Of a DNA stretch of 60,755 bases, positions 9,209 to 23,111 are shown piece by piece. Every line of letters begins with the position of its first letter. Position 1 is the first letter of the stretch. Position numbers and translations under genes: made by a program. The stretch comes from an uncultured Gammaproteobacteria bacterium (GTDB taxonomy: Bacteria > Patescibacteriota > Patescibacteriia > CAYZDG01), in assembly GCA_964536515.1 (NCBI GenBank), contig CAZHXI010000001.1, positions 97,480 through 158,234 of the forward strand, in the 5' to 3' direction. The notes under the pieces are model-generated. The model worked only from the letters and a program-made list of their open reading frames with translations. It did not search any database and was not told the DNA's origin.

Positions 9209-10120
9209 TCCCGGCGTCCCGCCTTCACCCTCCTAGAGGTGCTGGTGGTAATGGCTATAATGGCGATCATCATGGGCGTTTCGGTCTACCAGTTCCGTCG
9301 GGGTGAGGCCAGGCAGGACCTACGGACCGCCGCCGACGACATAAAGGCTGCCTGGGCCGAGATGCAGGGCCGGGCGCTCGCCGGTTCGCCGACGCCGTCG
9401 GATGCGGTTCGCGAGGTCGGGGTGTTCGTGCAGCCGTACGGCGATCGCCCAACCACGGCCCACGGCCTGCTGCTCTACGGGACCCTGCCCGATCCGGATA
9501 TTCCGTATTCGACGTTCGTGCCCGACGACCCAACTCCCGCCGAGGTCGAAGACTACGCCGGCATGCTGCCCGGGCAGCAGGTGCTCAACCAGCCGTTCGT
9601 GCTGCTGGGCTGCGCTACGGTACTCTCGCCTCGCCCCTCGCGTTGCTGGATACCCATTCCCGAGTACTCGCCGGTGCTGCCGCCGAATACCTACATAGAC
9701 AAGGGGAGCATTCAGCTGGCTGCCTCAACAACCGATGCCGGTGGCCTCTACGATTTCGTACCATTCCTCCTGGATGCTACCAGCAATCCGTTCGCCTTCC
9801 ACCCCCACTTCGACTTCGAGCGGTGCGTGGCGGCGGAGTGGCTGCCCCGGTACCAGTACTACTACAATAATCCTACGCCGGGGAGCGAGAACCCCGACGT
9901 AACAATGGCGAGGTACCTGTACCTGGGCATTCGGGCGCCGCAGCCAACCTTTACCATCAATGGCTGGCAGGGCTGCGGCGTGCTACGGTTCGCGCTGCGC
10001 AGCAATCTAGACGAGCGCCTACCCGAGGACCTGCGAGCCAAGCTGTGGCTGCAGTTTGACATGCGAACCGGCCGCATCAGCACGGCTAACGAGGAGGCCG
10101 GCCTACCGGACCGTCCGTAG
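9179..10120 (+). CDS. Prepilin-type N-terminal cleavage/methylation domain protein (pseudopilin)
   Basis: N-terminus 'MLRPTINDQRSRRPA/FTLLEVLVVMAIMAIIMGV' has the class III signal peptide pattern. The gene follows pilD. Confidence 0.8.
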   Translation: MLRPTINDQRSRRPAFTLLEVLVVMAIMAIIMGVSVYQFRRGEARQDLRTAADDIKAAWAEMQGRALAGSPTPSDAVREVGVFVQPYGDRPTTAHGLLLYGTLPDPDIPYSTFVPDDPTPAEVEDYAGMLPGQQVLNQPFVLLGCATVLSPRPSRCWIPIPEYSPVLPPNTYIDKGSIQLAASTTDAGGLYDFVPFLLDATSNPFAFHPHFDFERCVAAEWLPRYQYYYNNPTPGSENPDVTMARYLYLGIRAPQPTFTINGWQGCGVLRFALRSNLDERLPEDLRAKLWLQFDMRTGRISTANEEAGLPDRP

Positions 10121-10121
10121 C

Positions 10122-10718
10122 ATGGCACGATTCCGCCCCGGCCAGACGCTCATCGAGGGCATAATCGCCATCGCCGTCGTTACGGTAGGCTTGATGGGCG
10201 TCATCGGCCTCGCCATTAGCAACCAGGCTTCTGCCCAGGCCATCGGCGACCGGGCTGTGGCAACCGCCCTGGCGCGCGAGGGGCTAGAGGTGGCCAAGAA
10301 CATACGTGACAGCAACTGGCTAGCGGGTCGGCCGTTCAGCCAGGGTTTGCTCGACGGCACCTCCGCCGTTCCGGAGAGCAGCTTCGCCCAGGTTGGCTCC
10401 CATTGGGGGCTAGCCTTCGGGCCATACGGCGACTTCGCCGACGACGCAACCCAGGTTACCTGGCTGCCATCAGATGGCCGCTACGGGCAGCGGGACGGCG
10501 GCGATGCCACCAAGTTCCGGCGCCGGCTGGAGCTCTCTGCCCTGTGTCGGCCCAGCGGCGATACCGGCTTGAACTTTACCTACGACGCCTCGGGTTCCAC
10601 CGGCTGCGGCAGCGGCGAGCAGGTGGTCGGCGTGCGCGTGCGCAGCTTCGTGCAGTGGCCCCAGGGCCCGGGGCTGCGGACCATCGTCCTCGAGCTGAGG
10701 CTGTTCGATTGGAGGTAG
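10122..10718 (+). CDS. Prepilin-type protein (pseudopilin)
   Basis: 'MARFRPG/QTLIEGIIAIAVVTVGLMGV' is a prepilin-like leader followed by a hydrophobic helix. The ATG at 10122 is in frame within track ORF 10056..10718. Confidence 0.7.
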   Translation: MARFRPGQTLIEGIIAIAVVTVGLMGVIGLAISNQASAQAIGDRAVATALAREGLEVAKNIRDSNWLAGRPFSQGLLDGTSAVPESSFAQVGSHWGLAFGPYGDFADDATQVTWLPSDGRYGQRDGGDATKFRRRLELSALCRPSGDTGLNFTYDASGSTGCGSGEQVVGVRVRSFVQWPQGPGLRTIVLELRLFDWR

Positions 10719-10721
10719 GGG

Positions 10722-11162
10722 TTCGTTTGTCGAAAATTCGATTGTCGAAATATCTAGGCTTATGGTTAGCGATTCGCAGGGAAAAAATTATCGAGATTTG
10801 ATTGCCTGGCAGAAGGCAATGGATTTAGTCACATTAGTTTACAAGCTGACTGAGAAATTTCCGCAGCATGAGCTGTACGGATTAACATCTCAAATTCGGC
10901 GTTGCGCAGTGTCTATTCCCTCGAATATTGCCGAGGGTAGCAGGCGAGGGACGAGAAAGGAGAATGGGCACTTCCTATATATTGCTTACGGTTCGGGAGC
11001 GGAGCTCGAAACGCAGCTCGAAATCGCTGATCGACTAGGCTACAGCAGCGACGTCACTCGTACGGAAACACGCCGAGTCCTCGATGATGTTATGCGGCTT
11101 CTCAATCGTTTGACGAAGAGCTTCACGGTATGATTCGACCAACGACCAACGACCAACGACGA
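10722..11162. mobile_element. Inverted CGAnnAA-heptad cassette, copy 2, carrying a four-helix-bundle gene
   Basis: The left arm is 10722-10750 (TTCGTTTGTCGAAAATTCGATTGTCGAAA). The right arm is 11134-11162, (CGACCAA)x3 followed by CGACGA. The enclosed ORF is visibly AT-richer than the flanks. Mobility is inference only. Confidence 0.45.
10762..11133 (+). CDS. Four-helix-bundle protein ('23S rRNA intervening sequence protein' family; Avd-like fold)
   Basis: 'DLIAWQKAMDLVTLVYKLTEKFPQHELYGLTSQIRRCAVSIPSNIAEGSRRGTRKENGHFLYIAYGSGAELETQLEIA' matches the family hallmark motifs (IPSNIAEG..., GS..ELETQL). Confidence 0.85.
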   Translation: MVSDSQGKNYRDLIAWQKAMDLVTLVYKLTEKFPQHELYGLTSQIRRCAVSIPSNIAEGSRRGTRKENGHFLYIAYGSGAELETQLEIADRLGYSSDVTRTETRRVLDDVMRLLNRLTKSFTV

Positions 11163-11801
11163 TCTCGTTCCGGCTTCACGGTCATCGAGATCATCATAGT
11201 GATGGCTATCTTCAGCATCGTGCTGGGGGTCATCATCCAGATATTCATATTCACCACCCGTACGCAGCGTCGGAGCCGCAGCGTGCAGGAGGCTTACGCG
11301 CAGGGTAGGGCAGCGGTCGAGGGGGTGGCGCGGGAGCTGCAGAACGGCTCGGTGGACTACGGCTACTACTCCGACCCCGCCCACGCCGCAGATAGCCTCG
11401 AGGCCCAGCCCGTCGACGTTACCGCGCTGCGCGACTCCCAGGGCCAGTCGGTACGGTTCCGCTGCGTGGAGAACCTGGCCAACGGCGCGGAGCAGGCTTG
11501 CGATGCTGACACTCCCGAGCGCGGGCAGGTGGAGCTGTGCCGCGGCAGCGGGTGCGACGCTACCCCGCCCGCCTGGGCTGGCGTTACCGATGAGGCTACC
11601 GACGTCACCGCTTGGTCGGTATGGCTGGGGCCGGAGGACGATCCGTTCCGACGCGATCCGGATGACGTAGCTAGGTACCTCGCCGATGTTCAGCCCTGGC
11701 TAACCGTGGCGGCCACGGTGCAGCCCGCGCCCGTCTCCGGCGTTCAGCTGCCCGAGGCCAGGGTGCAGGCTACGGTCTCCAGTAGGTCGTACCTACGCTA
11801 G
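11130..11801 (+). CDS. Prepilin-type N-terminal cleavage/methylation domain protein
   Basis: 'MIRPTTNDQRRSRSG/FTVIEIIIVMAIFSIVLGV'. Its ATG overlaps the stop of the four-helix-bundle gene (ATGA). Confidence 0.8.
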   Translation: MIRPTTNDQRRSRSGFTVIEIIIVMAIFSIVLGVIIQIFIFTTRTQRRSRSVQEAYAQGRAAVEGVARELQNGSVDYGYYSDPAHAADSLEAQPVDVTALRDSQGQSVRFRCVENLANGAEQACDADTPERGQVELCRGSGCDATPPAWAGVTDEATDVTAWSVWLGPEDDPFRRDPDDVARYLADVQPWLTVAATVQPAPVSGVQLPEARVQATVSSRSYLR

Positions 11802-11802
11802 T

Positions 11803-17833
<6,031 letters not shown>

Positions 17834-17876
17834 CAGCGTTGCGACCCAGCCTCGCTACTGCTAGGCTGGTGCCTGT

Positions 17877-18224
17877 ATGGAGCAGCACGCCGCTACGGTA
17901 ACCGACGCCGAGCTAGCTCGGCTAGCTGAGCTAGCGTGCCTGCAGCTGCCGGATGACGTCGCGGCCAGACGCCACCTGGCGGACCAGCTGGGCAGCATTC
18001 TGGGGTACGTCGCGGCTGTGCAGGAGTACGACGTCGCCGCCGGGGACGAGGGCGGCGATCCCATCTCGGCTCGCGCAGACGAGCCCGTGGCGAATGCCCT
18101 TGGGGCAGCCGGCGGGGGCGGTCGCCCGGCGTGGCTAGACGATGCGCCGCGGGCCGAGGGTACGCTGGTAGCTGTTCCGGCGCTGTTCGCCGGACGTAGC
18201 AACGGCAATGGTGGAGACGCGTAG
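17877..18224 (+). CDS. gatC: Asp/Glu-tRNA amidotransferase subunit C
   Basis: Small protein 'LARLAELACLQLPDD...LGSILGYVAAVQEYDV' directly upstream of and overlapping gatA. Confidence 0.8.
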   Translation: MEQHAATVTDAELARLAELACLQLPDDVAARRHLADQLGSILGYVAAVQEYDVAAGDEGGDPISARADEPVANALGAAGGGGRPAWLDDAPRAEGTLVAVPALFAGRSNGNGGDA

Positions 18225-19629
18225 CGCGGCGGCGCTGGCTTCAGCGGTCCGGGCCGGCACGCAGTCGGCAGAGGCTGCCGCCGCCGAGAGCCTGGAGGCA
18301 ATCCGCCGCCGCGATCCCGCTATCCACGCCTTCCTCAGCGTGGATGAGGAGGGTGCGCTCGCCGCAGCTCGAGCCACGGACGCCGCGGTAGCCGCCGGCC
18401 AGCCGGTCGGCCCGCTCGCCGGCGTGCCCATTAGCGTCAAGGACGTGCTGTGCACGGCCAGCTGGCCTACCACCGCCGGCTCGCGGGCGCTGGAAGGCTG
18501 GAAGCCGCCGTATGACGCCACCGTGGTAGCCCGCCTGCGGGCAGCCGGGGCGACCATCTTGGGCAAGACGAACTGCGACGAGTTCGCCATGGGATCTTCA
18601 ACCGAGTACTCAGCCTATGGGCCCACGGCTAATCCAGCTGATCACAGCTTGGTTCCCGGCGGGTCTTCTGGTGGGTCTGCGGCGGCGGTGGCTGCGGGCA
18701 TGGGCATTGCATCCATTGGCACCGATACCGGCGGCTCGGTACGTCAGCCGGCTGCGTTCTGCGGCGTCGTCGGGTTCAAGCCGACCTACGGACGGGTCAG
18801 CCGCAACGGGCTCATCGCCATGGCCTCGTCGCTCGACACGGTGGGCTTCTTCACCAACGACGTCGATGATGCAGCCCTCCTCCTATCCGCGGTTGCCGGC
18901 GCGGATGGCATTGATGCGACCGCGCCCGCACGACCCCTGGCGCCGGCGCACGTTGATGCCGCCGACCTGGCCGGCTGCACCGTGGGTATACCTCGGGGCG
19001 TAGTCGCCGAGGGCGTTGACCCGGCAATCGCCGCCGCCTTCCAGGCCAAGATCGATAGCCTGCGCGCCGCCGGCTGCACAGTGGTGGATGTGGATCTGCC
19101 GGGCCTCGCCTACGCGCTCGCCGCCTACTACATCCTCATGCCGGCCGAGGTCAGCGCCAACATGGCTCGGTACGACGGCATCCGCTACCCATCCGGCAGC
19201 GGCACGGCGGCAGCCTCCTTCGCCGAGGCGGTCGCCGCCTGGCGCGGCGGGAGGATTGGCGCAGAGGTCCGTCGGCGCATTCTAGTCGGCGCGTACGTCC
19301 TATCCGCCGGGTACAGCGACGCCTACTACCGGCGCGCGCAGGCGGCACGGCGGGCAATCCGCGCCGAGCTTGCCGCTGCCTTTAAGCAGGTAGACGTAAT
19401 CGCTACGCCGACGGTTCCCACGTTCCCGTTCCGGCTGGGCGAGAAGCTGGACGACCCGCTGGCTATGTACCTGGCCGACCTGTTCACCGTGCCCGCCAAT
19501 ATCGCCGGAGTGCCGTCTATATCTCTGCCGCTGGCCGGCACGCCGCTGCCGGCTGGGTTCCAGCTCACCGGCGGGTGGTGGGCAGAGGAGCGGCTACTAG
19601 CCATTGCGAAGGCTGCGGCCGCCCTGTAG
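18208..19629 (+). CDS. gatA: Asp/Glu-tRNA amidotransferase subunit A
   Basis: Amidase signature 'GGSSGGSAAAVAAG' and 'GTDTGGSVRQPAAFCGVVGFKPTYG'. Confidence 0.95.
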   Translation: MVETRSAAALASAVRAGTQSAEAAAAESLEAIRRRDPAIHAFLSVDEEGALAAARATDAAVAAGQPVGPLAGVPISVKDVLCTASWPTTAGSRALEGWKPPYDATVVARLRAAGATILGKTNCDEFAMGSSTEYSAYGPTANPADHSLVPGGSSGGSAAAVAAGMGIASIGTDTGGSVRQPAAFCGVVGFKPTYGRVSRNGLIAMASSLDTVGFFTNDVDDAALLLSAVAGADGIDATAPARPLAPAHVDAADLAGCTVGIPRGVVAEGVDPAIAAAFQAKIDSLRAAGCTVVDVDLPGLAYALAAYYILMPAEVSANMARYDGIRYPSGSGTAAASFAEAVAAWRGGRIGAEVRRRILVGAYVLSAGYSDAYYRRAQAARRAIRAELAAAFKQVDVIATPTVPTFPFRLGEKLDDPLAMYLADLFTVPANIAGVPSISLPLAGTPLPAGFQLTGGWWAEERLLAIAKAAAAL

Positions 19630-19641
19630 CCTATACGGGAT

Positions 19642-20235
19642 ATGCGAACAGCAGCCGCAGCCATTGCCGTAGTAGCCGTCGCAGCTCTGGTGGCTGCCTG
19701 CGGCAAGTCATCCTACAGGTCGCCGGCCTGGGAGCGGCCGTACCGAGGCGTCGCCACGTCGTCTGTAACCGTGGTCGAGTTCAGCGACTTCCAGTGCCCT
19801 GCCTGCCAGTCGGCCGAGGCGACGGTCAACGACCTGCTCGCCCAGTACGGCGGCAGCGTCCGGTTCGAGTACCGCCACTTCCCGCTCACCAGCATCCACC
19901 GCTTCGCCTTCGCCGCTGCCGTGGCTAGCGAGTGCGCCGCTGACCAGGGCAAGTTCTGGGAGTACCACGACAAGCTGTTCCGTGAGCAGCCCAACTTCTC
20001 CAAGAAGGACCTCATCGGCTACGCCGAATCGTTGGGCCTAGACGTGGAGCCTTTCACCGCCTGCCTCGCGAGCGACGATCCAGCGGGCCGGGTGAAGGAT
20101 GACGCCGCCGAGGCTGCCCGACGGGGACTGCAGGGCACGCCGACTTTCTTCATCAACGGCCAGCAGGTTGGAGACTGGTCGCAGCTGGGGGCGCTGCTCC
20201 GCGCCGCGGGTGCTACCCCCGTACCGGCGCCGTAG
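19642..20235 (+). CDS. DsbA-family thiol:disulfide oxidoreductase (lipoprotein-like signal)
   Basis: The signal peptide ends 'VAAC'. Thioredoxin active site 'FQCPACQ'. 'GTPTFFINGQ' motif. Confidence 0.8.
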   Translation: MRTAAAAIAVVAVAALVAACGKSSYRSPAWERPYRGVATSSVTVVEFSDFQCPACQSAEATVNDLLAQYGGSVRFEYRHFPLTSIHRFAFAAAVASECAADQGKFWEYHDKLFREQPNFSKKDLIGYAESLGLDVEPFTACLASDDPAGRVKDDAAEAARRGLQGTPTFFINGQQVGDWSQLGALLRAAGATPVPAP

Positions 20236-20259
20236 GGACGCAATATATTGCGTCCCTAC
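20232..20259. repeat. Perfect 28-bp palindrome GTAGGGACGCAATATATTGCGTCCCTAC before lgt
   Basis: Read directly. It shares the TAGGGACG...CGTCCC core with the palindrome at 5264-5283. Confidence 0.8.
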
Positions 20260-20261
20260 CT

Positions 20262-21023
20262 ATGTTGCCCCCCGTCGCCCTCCAGGTAGGGCCGGTACAA
20301 ATCCGTTGGTACGGCATTGCTATGGCTGCGGCCATGGCTGCGGCGTGGCTGGTGGCGCGTAAGCTGGCGCCGCGATGGGGTGGTACCGCCGAACACGTAG
20401 ACGGCATGGTGCCGTGGCTGGTCATCGGCGGCCTGGTCGGTGCCAGGCTGGTAGCCGTCGTTGCGTTCGAGCCGAGCTACTACATCGCTAATCCCGGGGA
20501 GCTGCTAGCTATCTGGCACGGCGGCATCTCTATCCTCGGCGGCCTTGCCGGGGGCGCAGCGGCGCTATGGCTGTACTGCCGCAGGCACCGGCTGAATCCC
20601 ACGCCGTACCTCGCTAGCCTCGCCGTAGCGTTGCCGCTGGCTCAGGGCATCGGCCGCTGGGGGAACTACTTCAACCAAGAGCTGTACGGTCGCCCGTCCG
20701 ATTTACCTTGGGCGGTGGCCATCGATGGCCTGGGCACGTTCCAGCCCCTGTTCCTGTACGAGTCGCTCCTCAATCTAGCCCTCTTCATCACCCTCTGGGT
20801 GCGCCGGGGCACGGTGAACCCGGCCCAGCTGCCCTGGCTGTACCTGCTGGGCTACGGCGTCATCCGTTTCGCCATGGAGTTCGGCCGAACAGATCCGGTG
20901 GTAATGCTCGGCCCGCTGCGGCTGTCGCAGCTACTTGCCCTCGGCCTGGTGGTTGCGGGGGTGTCTGGATTAGCTATTGGATGGCGGACCCGACCGGATT
21001 CGAACCGGCGATCTTCTCCGTGA
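20262..21023 (+). CDS. lgt: Prolipoprotein diacylglyceryl transferase
   Basis: 'GRWGNYFNQELYGRP' signature in a polytopic protein. The last ~14 codons are antisense to tRNA-Asp, so the true stop is uncertain. Confidence 0.88.
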   Translation: MLPPVALQVGPVQIRWYGIAMAAAMAAAWLVARKLAPRWGGTAEHVDGMVPWLVIGGLVGARLVAVVAFEPSYYIANPGELLAIWHGGISILGGLAGGAAALWLYCRRHRLNPTPYLASLAVALPLAQGIGRWGNYFNQELYGRPSDLPWAVAIDGLGTFQPLFLYESLLNLALFITLWVRRGTVNPAQLPWLYLLGYGVIRFAMEFGRTDPVVMLGPLRLSQLLALGLVVAGVSGLAIGWRTRPDSNRRSSP

Positions 21024-21057
21024 CAGGGAGACATGTTAACCGCTACACTACGGGTCC
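20982..21057 (-). tRNA. tRNA-Asp (GUC)
   Basis: Manual fold: acceptor GGACCCG/CGGGUCC, D-arm GUGU/ACAU, anticodon stem UCUCC/GGAGA with loop CUGUCAC, T-arm GCCGG-UUCGAAU-CCGGU, discriminator G and an encoded CCA. Confidence 0.9.
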
Positions 21058-21185
21058 GTACCGCAGCACTATACGGAAGCTGGCGGTAAGTTTCAAGTAT
21101 CCTTGGCCACTTGACGGCGCCCCGCATGGGGCGTAGGTTTGGCCATATTCCAACGAGATCCTTTTACCACAGGGAGGAAGTTTGA

Positions 21186-21419
21186 GTGAGCATTCCACAT
21201 CAAATGGCGACGGCGCCAATCGGTAACCAGGGTGCCCGAATGGAACCCGAGCGGATACGTCAGATTCGGCAGCGGATGCAGCTGACGCAGGAAGACTTCG
21301 CGCACCTCATCGGCGTCACCTTCAGCACGGTGAACCGGTGGGAGAACGGTAAGTCCTCCCCCAACCGTATCGCTGCCCGTCTCCTATTCGGGCTCGAGAA
21401 GAAGTTCAAACAGGTGTAG
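21186..21419 (+). CDS. XRE-family helix-turn-helix protein (paralog 1)
   Basis: 'MQLTQEDFAHLIGVTFSTVNRWENGKSSPN'. A GGGAGGAAG Shine-Dalgarno sequence lies 6-7 nt before the GTG start. Confidence 0.8.
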   Translation: MSIPHQMATAPIGNQGARMEPERIRQIRQRMQLTQEDFAHLIGVTFSTVNRWENGKSSPNRIAARLLFGLEKKFKQV

Positions 21420-21426
21420 CAACTGG

Positions 21427-21460
21427 CGGGAGGAGGCGAACAGCCCCCTCCCGTTTTCGT
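21427..21460 (+). terminator. Hairpin CGGGAGG...CCTCCCG followed by a T-run
   Basis: Read directly downstream of the stop codon at 21417-21419. Confidence 0.6.
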
Positions 21461-21532
21461 ATTTGACGTTCGGCCCCAGTGGGGCTAGCATCCGGCTAAG
21501 TACACGCCCTTTTATACCTCGGAGGAGGAAGT

Positions 21533-21790
21533 ATGGATGCTACTACCATCGCCCGGAATATGATCCGCCAATCCCGCCCGAACCCCGACGACTTCGACGG
21601 GGCACGGATAAAGCAGCTACGCGAAGACCTGAACATGACCCAGGAGAACTTCGCCCACGAGATCGGCGTAACCTTCGCCACCGTGAATCGGTGGGAGAAC
21701 GGCCGCACCTCGCCGAACAAGGTTGCGCAGAAGGTGCTCCTGCTGCTGGAGCGTAAGCTCCGTAAAGTTCGCAATCAGCCGCACGAATAG
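21533..21790 (+). CDS. XRE-family helix-turn-helix protein (paralog 2)
   Basis: 'LNMTQENFAHEIGVTFATVNRWENGRTSPN', preceded by a GGAGGAGGAAG Shine-Dalgarno sequence. Confidence 0.8.
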   Translation: MDATTIARNMIRQSRPNPDDFDGARIKQLREDLNMTQENFAHEIGVTFATVNRWENGRTSPNKVAQKVLLLLERKLRKVRNQPHE

Positions 21791-21795
21791 AAAGG

Positions 21796-21826
21796 AACAG
21801 AGCCCGTAAACGGGCTCTGTTTTCAA
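21796..21826. terminator. Bidirectional terminator between XRE gene (+) and rplT (-)
   Basis: AACAGAGCCCG-TAAA-CGGGCTCTGTT has an 11-bp stem. T-runs follow on the + strand and A-runs precede it. Confidence 0.75.
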
Positions 21827-21840
21827 AACAGAATTGGATC

Positions 21841-22188
21841 CTACGCCTTCGTGGCCTCGACAATCTTGGCGAAGGCGGCGGGGTGCTCGGCGGCCAGCTG
21901 GGCTAGCACCTTGCGGTCCAGCAGCACGCCCTGCTTCTTGAGCTTGCCCATGAAGGCGCTGTAAGAGGTTCCCAGCGGGCGTACGGCGGCGCCGATGCGC
22001 ACCTGCCACAGGCTGCGGTACTCACGCTTGCGCAGGCGGCGGCTCTTGTAGGCGTTCACCCCGGCACGGCGGACGGCCGTGGTGGCCAGACGCATGCTCT
22101 TCTTGCGGCCCCACTTGAAGCCCTTGGCCTTCTTCAGCAGGTTCTTGCGGGTCTTGGTGTGGATTACGCCACGCTTTACTCGTGCCAT
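21841..22188 (-). CDS. rplT: 50S ribosomal protein L20
   Basis: 'MARVKRGVIHTKTRKNLLKKAKGFKWGRKK', in the conserved infC-rpmI-rplT order. Confidence 0.95.
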   Translation of the reverse strand: MARVKRGVIHTKTRKNLLKKAKGFKWGRKKSMRLATTAVRRAGVNAYKSRRLRKREYRSLWQVRIGAAVRPLGTSYSAFMGKLKKQGVLLDRKVLAQLAAEHPAAFAKIVEATKA

Positions 22189-22192
22189 ACGG

Positions 22193-22393
22193 TTAGACGG
22201 AGTGGGGGATGGTGGCCTTGATGTTGGCTACGTCCACCTTTACGGCGCTGCGGTCGCGGCGCTTATAGCGGGTTACCTTGCTGCTCTCACGGCTGTTGAA
22301 GTGGTCCTGGCCAGCCTGGCGCGCCAGCAGCTTGCCGCCGCCGGTTACCTTGAACCGCTTGGAAACCGCCTTGTAAGTCTTCATTTTCGGCAT
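22193..22393 (-). CDS. rpmI: 50S ribosomal protein L35
   Basis: 'MPKMKTYKAVSKRFKVTGGGKL'. Confidence 0.93.
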   Translation of the reverse strand: MPKMKTYKAVSKRFKVTGGGKLLARQAGQDHFNSRESSKVTRYKRRDRSAVKVDVANIKATIPHSV

Positions 22394-22414
22394 AGGAACC
22401 TACCCTAGCAGAAG

Positions 22415-22927
22415 TTAGTGCTTGGCTGCAATAACCGTGGATAGCCGGTTGCCGGTACGGCTGACCAGCTGCTCTATGGTCACCTTATCCCCCAGGCTCG
22501 CCACGAATTCTTGGATATTGCGGGTGGAGAGGTCGGCGTGGGCGTTCTCGCGGCCCCGCATAATCAGCTCTATCTTCACCTTGTGGCCCTCGGCTAGGAA
22601 GGCCGCAGCCTGGCGACGGCGCATGTCTAGGTCGCCGCTCCCGATCTTGGCCGTTAGCCGGATGCCCTTGACCTCGACCTTCTTCGCCTTGACCTTAGAT
22701 ATCTTCTTATTCTCCTGGTAGCGGAACCTGCCGTAGTCAATCAGCCGGCAGGTGGGCGGCTCGGCTTTGGGGTTAACCTCGACCAGGTCTAGCCCGCGCT
22801 CCTGGGCAATCGCCACGGCGGCGGGCACGGTGAGCTCGCCCAGGTTCTCGCCCTGGTCGCCGATGACGCGCACCAGCGGCGCGGTAATCTTTTCGTTTAT
22901 CCTAAATGTACGCTCCGGCTCGGGAAT
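22415..22927 (-). CDS. infC: Translation initiation factor IF-3 (non-ATG/GTG start; 5' end uncertain)
   Basis: The track ORF starts at an internal GTG (22873). The same frame is open up to a TAA at 22976-22978 and encodes '...RTFRINEKITAPLVRVIGDQGE', the canonical IF-3 N-terminus. The only candidate starts are ATT (22960 or 22927) or ATA (22900). Confidence 0.85.
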   Translation of the reverse strand: MPEPERTFRINEKITAPLVRVIGDQGENLGELTVPAAVAIAQERGLDLVEVNPKAEPPTCRLIDYGRFRYQENKKISKVKAKKVEVKGIRLTAKIGSGDLDMRRRQAAAFLAEGHKVKIELIMRGRENAHADLSTRNIQEFVASLGDKVTIEQLVSRTGNRLSTVIAAKH

Positions 22928-23111
22928 GGGCCGGCCGCGGTTTCGGCTGCGGTGACGAATGGCTGTGGGGGTTACTTACTGCTTAGAATCGCTGGTAAAT
23001 GTACGCAAACCCCGCGGTTCAGTCAACCGAGGGGAGCGAGGGTTGGTGCCTCCGAACCAGAAGCTGCGCTTCGGTTCGGGGCTACCACGAACCGTGCTGC
23101 GTACTGGTTCG

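Noticed and set aside
9185-11162. CRISPR-like array suggested by the periodic CGACCAA / AGTCCT repeats.
   Set aside because: The units are 6-7 nt with no spacers, each array is under 35 nt, and no cas genes are present. They are simple tandem heptads.
20982-21830. An integrated prophage or ICE at tRNA-Asp.
   Set aside because: Only two small HTH genes lie between the tRNA and the ribosomal operon. I saw no integrase, no tRNA-fragment direct repeat and no other cargo.
22979-23111. An L20-type ribosomal leader upstream of infC. A bulged hairpin GAACCGAAGC-GCA-GCUUCUGGUUC lies on the minus strand around 23050-23080.
   Set aside because: A single hairpin is insufficient, and it could equally be the tmRNA terminator. 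I could not verify the L20-binding pseudoknot features by eye.
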